Made by a program: the position numbers and the translations under genes
Notes under the pieces: generated by a model
Seen by the model: only the letters and a program-made list of their open reading frames with translations
The model's database searches: none
What the model was told of the DNA's origin: nothing
Source: Fervidobacterium sp.
GTDB lineage: Bacteria > Thermotogota > Thermotogae > Thermotogales > Fervidobacteriaceae
Direction: 5' to 3'
NCBI GenBank assembly: GCA_049970055.1
Contig: JBMFNR010000002.1
Span: 436,406 to 500,405, forward strand
Length of the DNA stretch: 64,000 nucleotides
Shown: positions 58,375 through 64,000 of the stretch, one piece after another
Layout: each line of letters opens with the position of its first letter
Position numbering within the stretch: position 1 is the stretch's first letter

Positions 58375-60824
58375 CCCTCCAGATACGATATGCTTGCAAC
58401 ATTGCCAAGGTAATCAAGTATCCTCTTATCGCTTGTTAAAAGTATGATTTGTCTGTAATTGGATTCCTTTTTGAGAAAATCGCATACTTTTTTTAATCTA
58501 ACATCATCGAATCTAATGAGTGTATTGTCGATAACCAGAGGGATGTTGTCGTTGTAAAACGCTTTGTAAAGAGCTATTTTAATACCAAATATCAATAAGT
58601 CTTTTGTTGAGCCGCTGAGATATTCGCTTGGTTCTTCGAGATCGCCTTCAACAAGGATTTTTATAGAAAGTTCGGGCGTTATAAGGAAATTTCTTGGCTG
58701 GGCAGATACGTAATTGAAGAATCGAGTGAATTCGTCGCTGAAGCTCTTGTGATAGCTTTCGACGAAATTAGAATAATTTTCTTTGAGATACTCATGTATT
58801 TTTGGTATGTAACTGCTGATAGTAGCTACTAAAGAGATTTTGAACTTTATTTCATCTTTCTTCACCAAAAGTGCTTGAAGAGCTTCTTTGTCAACATATA
58901 CGTTTTTCAGCCTTTCCGAGATGTGATCAATTTCGGCGGTAAGTTCTTCTATCTGCTTTTTAAGAGCTTCAAGGTTGGACTTAAGTGAATATACCTGCTT
59001 GTCGCTGTCTTCATTTTCTATTTCACTTTGTAAATTTTTCAACTGCACCGTATACTCTGATAACAAGGTTTTTAGAGATTGATATTCTTCGAATCTTTGC
59101 CGATAGCTTTCAACATCTTGCCTTTTAACGTTTACACTTCTTAACATCTGCTCAAGATTATCAATTAGCATTTTCAATTCTTTTTGCTTTGATACTTTAT
59201 CGTTTCGAATTTGCTCTAATTTACGTGCGAGTGATTCTTTTTCATAGATAAGTTCTTGGACTTCTTTGAACGTTTTTTGGAGATTTTCAACAGCACTGAC
59301 AATCATTTGTGCGTATCCGTTAACGTTGAATTTTGCAAGCTCTTTTATAATCTCTTGTTCGATCTCTTTCAATTCGATAAGTTTTTTCTGCTTTTCAAAA
59401 TTAGATGCTTTCCACTCAATAAATTCCGAGTATTTTTTGCGTAAGTCTTTTAAATCTTTTATGTTGTACTGCAATAATAATTTCCATATCTGTGGTCTTT
59501 CTGGTTGTTTTATCGTAATTTCGACGAGCCTTTCTTGAAGAACTGATAACTTTGCCGCATTTGATTTGGATTTGACCCAGAATAATATAGCTAAACCATT
59601 GAAGATAAGAGATGGGCTGTACATAAAAATGGATATCTTACTGAACAATAAACCAAGAGTAAGTAAAACGATACCAGCTAGAGCAGACACTAAGGAAATA
59701 TCTTTCAAGTATTTTGCTCTGCTTTCAGTTTTTTCAATCTGTATTTGCAAGTCGTTTTTCTCTTTCTCGATTATATTTTTTGTTTCTTGGTATTTTTGCT
59801 CTTCATCTTCGGCACGCTCTATCAATTGTGGGTCTTGCATAAATATTTGCCAGAGTGGATCTTCAGTGTTTGTTTGCTGTATACCCTCTCCATACATTTT
59901 TGACAAAAGAGAAAGATGCTTCAACCTTAAGCTTACATGCTCAAGGTCTTCTTCAGATGTGACATTAAGGATTTTGAGTTTTGAATTGACGTTTTCTGAT
60001 TTTGCTTCTATGATTTCTGCAAGCGCTTTCTCTTCATCTGAGAGTTTATCGAGTTCCGTTTTTAAATTCTCTATCTTTAGAATTAACGCAGAAATTTCAA
60101 AGATGGTATTTTGATCGACTTGCTCGATCCATCTTAGTTTTGAAAGTTCCGATTTTATTTCTTCGATACTATCTTTTAATCGCTTTATTTCTTTAAGCAG
60201 CTTTTCTTGTCTTTCTTTTCGAAGTGCTTCGAGCTTTTCATTTTCAGCTAACAGCTTACTTTTTGTTTCTTCTAAGAGCTTTGAAACACCTTTCATTTCT
60301 AAAATAAGTTTATTTCTTAAATCTATGTTTTGCTTAATCTGCTGTATTTGCCTTTCTACAGCTTCCAGTTCATCTGATAATTTTAAAATGCACTTGTCAA
60401 GTTTCAATTCTTCAAGTCTTTGGATAGTACTTTTTATTATCCTTCCTTTTTCTGTTCTTTCACTTTTCTTTCTTAAGGAACTTTCTATAATACTTTTATC
60501 CACTTTAAAGTTTTCAAGGTCGTCATCTTCCATCAGAAATGCTATACTCTCTAAAGTACTCTTTTCATAATTTTTTTCCGATGTTTGCCCAAATGTAAAG
60601 TTACCCTCAGAGGTTTCCATTATTCCCCCAAATTTTTCACTATTCCACGGTTTGAACTTCAAACTTTCGCTATGTGGTCCAGATAATGTGTAAAGCATAA
60701 ATTTTGCAAGTGTAGTCTTCCCACTTTCATTAGGTCCTGATACTATGTTCATTCCAGGTGTAAATATAAACTCTCTATCGATGAGTTTTCCAAAACCATC
60801 AATTTTGACCTTTCTTATAAACAT
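58371..60824 (-). CDS. YhaN-like SMC/ABC-type ATPase with coiled coil and central TM hairpin
   Basis: GFGK, GPNESGKTT, long coiled coils, hydrophobic hairpin, LSGSTKD, PLVIDN..RFD. Confidence 0.8.
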   Translation of the reverse strand: MFIRKVKIDGFGKLIDREFIFTPGMNIVSGPNESGKTTLAKFMLYTLSGPHSESLKFKPWNSEKFGGIMETSEGNFTFGQTSEKNYEKSTLESIAFLMEDDDLENFKVDKSIIESSLRKKSERTEKGRIIKSTIQRLEELKLDKCILKLSDELEAVERQIQQIKQNIDLRNKLILEMKGVSKLLEETKSKLLAENEKLEALRKERQEKLLKEIKRLKDSIEEIKSELSKLRWIEQVDQNTIFEISALILKIENLKTELDKLSDEEKALAEIIEAKSENVNSKLKILNVTSEEDLEHVSLRLKHLSLLSKMYGEGIQQTNTEDPLWQIFMQDPQLIERAEDEEQKYQETKNIIEKEKNDLQIQIEKTESRAKYLKDISLVSALAGIVLLTLGLLFSKISIFMYSPSLIFNGLAILFWVKSKSNAAKLSVLQERLVEITIKQPERPQIWKLLLQYNIKDLKDLRKKYSEFIEWKASNFEKQKKLIELKEIEQEIIKELAKFNVNGYAQMIVSAVENLQKTFKEVQELIYEKESLARKLEQIRNDKVSKQKELKMLIDNLEQMLRSVNVKRQDVESYRQRFEEYQSLKTLLSEYTVQLKNLQSEIENEDSDKQVYSLKSNLEALKKQIEELTAEIDHISERLKNVYVDKEALQALLVKKDEIKFKISLVATISSYIPKIHEYLKENYSNFVESYHKSFSDEFTRFFNYVSAQPRNFLITPELSIKILVEGDLEEPSEYLSGSTKDLLIFGIKIALYKAFYNDNIPLVIDNTLIRFDDVRLKKVCDFLKKESNYRQIILLTSDKRILDYLGNVASISYLEG

Positions 60825-61363
60825 AGTTCTTCACCTCTAAGAAGCTTCAAGATGACGTATTTTTCACCGACATTACTGAGATTGTTTATTAAGCTTGACT
60901 CTAAAAAGTTTTGGGGCATCACATCTACTACGTAAGTTTTCACATTCTCGCCTTTTCTTTCCGTTGTGAAATTCTCTATTACATAAAAGCATGTTGTGTA
61001 ATTGCATACTAGTTTTTCCGGAGTTGATAATTTGTATAATCCTACTGTTTCAACGCTATCTAAAACTTGAACGGTACCATCAACTTTTATCTGAGGTATG
61101 TTATTTACCGGTGACGAGTTGAAGTCCGTGTACACCTCTTCGTGAATCAATTCGAAATTTTTCAAGATGCCGCTCAATATCTGCTCTACATCTTCAATCA
61201 AACCGCATTCTCCAAGGATATTGTAAAATACAAAATTTGCATCTGGGTAAAGCTTTGACAGATGCAAAAGAAGGTTCATTTTACATTGGAAAATTGTTTC
61301 TCTAAATTCTTCAAAGCCTTCATGGTATTCAAAAAGTTTCAAGTTGCTTACTTCTACGATCAC
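60815..61363 (-). CDS. Hypothetical protein overlapping the start of the YhaN-like gene
   Basis: 182-aa ORF with GGAGG RBS. Confidence 0.65.
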   Translation of the reverse strand: MIVEVSNLKLFEYHEGFEEFRETIFQCKMNLLLHLSKLYPDANFVFYNILGECGLIEDVEQILSGILKNFELIHEEVYTDFNSSPVNNIPQIKVDGTVQVLDSVETVGLYKLSTPEKLVCNYTTCFYVIENFTTERKGENVKTYVVDVMPQNFLESSLINNLSNVGEKYVILKLLRGEELCL

Positions 61364-61428
61364 CGATCATTCCTCCCGGTTGTGAAAGTAAAATAAAGTA
61401 AAATATTGAAAAATATTAAAGCCGGATA

Positions 61429-62664
61429 CTACAAAATTTGAGCAGCTAACGATGCAAGATCCGATCGTTCACCTTTGCTTAGTACAATATGGCAAGCGAT
61501 TTTTTGACCCCTAAACCTTGAAGCGGCGTGTACAAGTCCGTTACTACTTTCATCAAGGTAAGGTGTGTCAATCTGATACGGATCGCCTGTTAAAACAACT
61601 TTCGTTCCTTCTCCCGCCCTTGTGAGTATTGTTTTTACTTCCAAAGGTGTAAGGTTTTGGGCCTCATCGATAATTATAAATTGCCTAGGTATTGAGCGAC
61701 CTCTTATGTACGTTAAAGCTTCTAATTTGATAATATCTTTCTTCATTATTTCTTTGAAGCTTAGATTATTAAGTCTGCAAAGGTATTCTAAATTATCCAT
61801 AACACCGCCCATCCATGGAGATATCTTTTCTTCCAAAGCACCCGGGAGATAACCAATATCTTTTCCCCCCATGGGCACAAGCGGTCTTGCGACGACGACG
61901 TTATCGTACACCCCTTCGCTAAGCGTTTTCTGGAGTGCAGCGGCTAGTGTTAAGAACGTCTTCCCTGTGCCCGCTATACCTATCAAGGAAACTAATTTTA
62001 TTTCGTCATTTAAAAGAGCATCAAGCGTAAATAACTGTTCTTTGTTCCTTGGACTAACGTTGAACACTTTCAATTTTGGATCAACTTCGATGTACCTTTC
62101 CCCATCGAACCTATAGTACTTATCAGTTGTCTCAACGTAAACGTTAGGTTCGGGATTTTCTCTTATATCGTCAATTCTATGTACGGATATATAGCCCGGT
62201 GGGAGTACTGAGAGATCACTTTTATCTGTTAGATAATCTTCGGCAGAAATTCCCAGCGCAGCTGCTTTAATTCTTAGGCTTATATCTTTCGAAACTATAA
62301 TCGTTGGCTCTTTTCTGCTTCCCTTTAAATACATCGCGTATGTGATTATCCAATTATCCACGTATTTTTCAAATAAAAATTTGACTTGATGCCTGTCAAA
62401 ATCTGTTTCATTTAAAACCGGGATGGTGACAGTCCCACCTGTATCAAGTTTTATGCCATTGTGGATATCTCCTTTTTCTCTCAATTCATCGAGAAGCCGT
62501 ATCGCAAAACGAGCACTTTTCCCCACCCTTCCTTGCTCTCTTTTAAGTTTGTCAAGTTCTTCTATGACCGGTAGTGGAATGAATACATTGTTATCTTCGA
62601 AAGAGTAAATTGCTTCTGGATCATGTATTAAAACGTTTGTATCGAGCACATAGTTTTTTATCAT
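61429..62664 (-). CDS. PIN-PhoH (PhoH2) protein (start 62664)
   Basis: YVLDTNVL, EELD, SKD..LR, GIAGTGKT, GYLPG, IRGRS, IDEAQN. Confidence 0.92.
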   Translation of the reverse strand: MIKNYVLDTNVLIHDPEAIYSFEDNNVFIPLPVIEELDKLKREQGRVGKSARFAIRLLDELREKGDIHNGIKLDTGGTVTIPVLNETDFDRHQVKFLFEKYVDNWIITYAMYLKGSRKEPTIIVSKDISLRIKAAALGISAEDYLTDKSDLSVLPPGYISVHRIDDIRENPEPNVYVETTDKYYRFDGERYIEVDPKLKVFNVSPRNKEQLFTLDALLNDEIKLVSLIGIAGTGKTFLTLAAALQKTLSEGVYDNVVVARPLVPMGGKDIGYLPGALEEKISPWMGGVMDNLEYLCRLNNLSFKEIMKKDIIKLEALTYIRGRSIPRQFIIIDEAQNLTPLEVKTILTRAGEGTKVVLTGDPYQIDTPYLDESSNGLVHAASRFRGQKIACHIVLSKGERSDLASLAAQIL

Positions 62665-62668
62665 ACAC

Positions 62669-63235
62669 TCAGTACTCCCTTCCAACCCAACGTTTGAGAA
62701 ACTCATTAATCACTTCCCAACCGTATTTTTCGAAGAACTTTATGAACACATTTGCAGTAACGATAGCGTCATCGTAAGCTCTATGTGTAACTTTATGTAA
62801 AATTTCCATTTCCTGCGCCAGGCTTTCAAGTTTTCTTTTCTTACCATAAACAGCACGAGAAATGTCGAGAGTATCAATGTAATATATATCCAAAGGTAAC
62901 TGACCTACTTCTTTTGCGGCAAAATCGAGAAAGGTTAAATCAAAACGAGCGTTATGAAATACCAATATTGTATCTTGTGAGTACTTTCGAACAACGGATA
63001 TTACTTCGCTAAGTTCCGGTGCATCTTCGATATCGGAATTACTTATCTTATGCACACTTTGCGCGTACGCTTGGATCTGAACTTTCGGATTTACCAATGA
63101 AGTATAGATCCATTCTTTAACGATCTTTCCTTTATATACAGGAACAATGGCAATTTCGACGATCCTGTCGCCCATACTCGGATCAATACCTGTTGTTTCT
63201 ATATCCACACAACAGTAAACATTATCATCCCACAT
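62669..63235 (-). CDS. DEDDh 3'-5' exonuclease (DnaQ-like)
   Basis: DIETTG, HNARFD, DTL, HRAYDDA. Confidence 0.92.
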   Translation of the reverse strand: MWDDNVYCCVDIETTGIDPSMGDRIVEIAIVPVYKGKIVKEWIYTSLVNPKVQIQAYAQSVHKISNSDIEDAPELSEVISVVRKYSQDTILVFHNARFDLTFLDFAAKEVGQLPLDIYYIDTLDISRAVYGKKRKLESLAQEMEILHKVTHRAYDDAIVTANVFIKFFEKYGWEVINEFLKRWVGREY

Positions 63236-63248
63236 ATAAAAACCCTTT

Positions 63249-64000
63249 CTACGTAATTAGCTCTTCTCCACTACCACGAGATATAACTATTTCTCCTGCT
63301 TCCTCGAGTCTCCTGATGATATTTATTATCTTTTGCTGAGCTTCTTCAACATCTTTAACTCTGACAGGTCCCATGAATTCCATTTCATCTTTCAAAAGTT
63401 GTTGTGCACGCTTTGACATATTGTTCATTATTTTTTGTTTTAGCTCTTCGGATGCTCCCTTTAATGCAACTGCCAAATCTTGCATGTTTACTTCACGTAA
63501 AACGAGTTGAACAGCCCTATCATCGATCTTTAGTATATCCTCGAAGACAAACATCCTTCTTCGTATCTCTTCAGCAAGTTCTGGCGATTCGTAGGTGAGC
63601 CTTTCCATAATGTTCTTTTCTGTTGAACGGTCAAGACTATTCATTATTTCTGCAGCAGTATCGAGTCCACCAACAGCACTCATCGTTTGTGTTGATACAC
63701 CAGCGAATTTCTTTTCCAACAATTTTTCCACTTCTTTGACGACATCTGGCGAAGCACGTTCAAGGAGGGATATTCTCTTTATAACTTCTATTTGTAGGTT
63801 TTCTGGTAATGCACCGAGCACTTGTGCGGCTATCCTTGGTTCAAGAAAACTCAAAACAAGTGCAATAGTTTGAGGATGCTCAGATTGTAGGAAGTTTACT
63901 ATTTGAACAACATCCGCACTTTTCATAAATTCAAAAGGTTTTACGGCAAGATTGGATACAAGTCTTTCAATAATCTGCATAGCTTTTTCAGGTCCGAAGG
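63249..64000 (-). CDS. fliG: Flagellar motor switch protein FliG (5' end outside window)
   Basis: EHPQTIA, GG linker, MFVFED, MSKRA, GEIVI. Confidence 0.96.
   Translation of the reverse strand, partial: FGPEKAMQIIERLVSNLAVKPFEFMKSADVVQIVNFLQSEHPQTIALVLSFLEPRIAAQVLGALPENLQIEVIKRISLLERASPDVVKEVEKLLEKKFAGVSTQTMSAVGGLDTAAEIMNSLDRSTEKNIMERLTYESPELAEEIRRRMFVFEDILKIDDRAVQLVLREVNMQDLAVALKGASEELKQKIMNNMSKRAQQLLKDEMEFMGPVRVKDVEEAQQKIINIIRRLEEAGEIVISRGSGEELIT

Noticed and set aside
61385..61420. AAAGTAAAATA repeated in an intergenic region
   Set aside because: AT-rich low-complexity sequence with no supporting context

Overview
A gene-dense, low-GC chromosomal segment from a Thermotogota bacterium, most likely Fervidobacterium. 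This is inferred from the split MetH, giant MalG, Thermotoga-type GluRS and Ogg, and was not database-checked. Most content is housekeeping: nadE end, metH, gltX, alaX, malEFG, a two-component system, lexA/gyrA/metG, tdk, tatD/ruvA, an Omp85 gene, ogg, fliS/cheW/cheX/fliG, rbgA, pyrH, phoH2, tRNA-Ser(CGA) and tRNA-Val(CAC). I found no IS, prophage or CRISPR array. The most notable observations are: (1) a deletion scar at ~42.26 kb joining the 3' ends of an ECF ATPase gene and anmK back to back, with decayed downstream genes (ecfT, SIS deaminase) but an intact nagA; (2) an ArsR-CDF metal cassette between the two halves of the split methionine synthase, bounded by an 8-bp direct repeat; (3) four repeats at exact 11-bp spacing between an OmpR-type regulator and a tRNA; (4) a moxR/DUF58/membrane-protein set arranged as an apparent inversion, with an unusual strand skew; (5) apparent pseudo-enzymes (a LysM-tagged nucleotidase fold lacking metal ligands, tandem J-like proteins without HPD, a degenerate YhaO/YhaN-like pair); (6) a likely arginine synthetase (ArcE)-family gene. 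All family calls come from motif recognition by eye.
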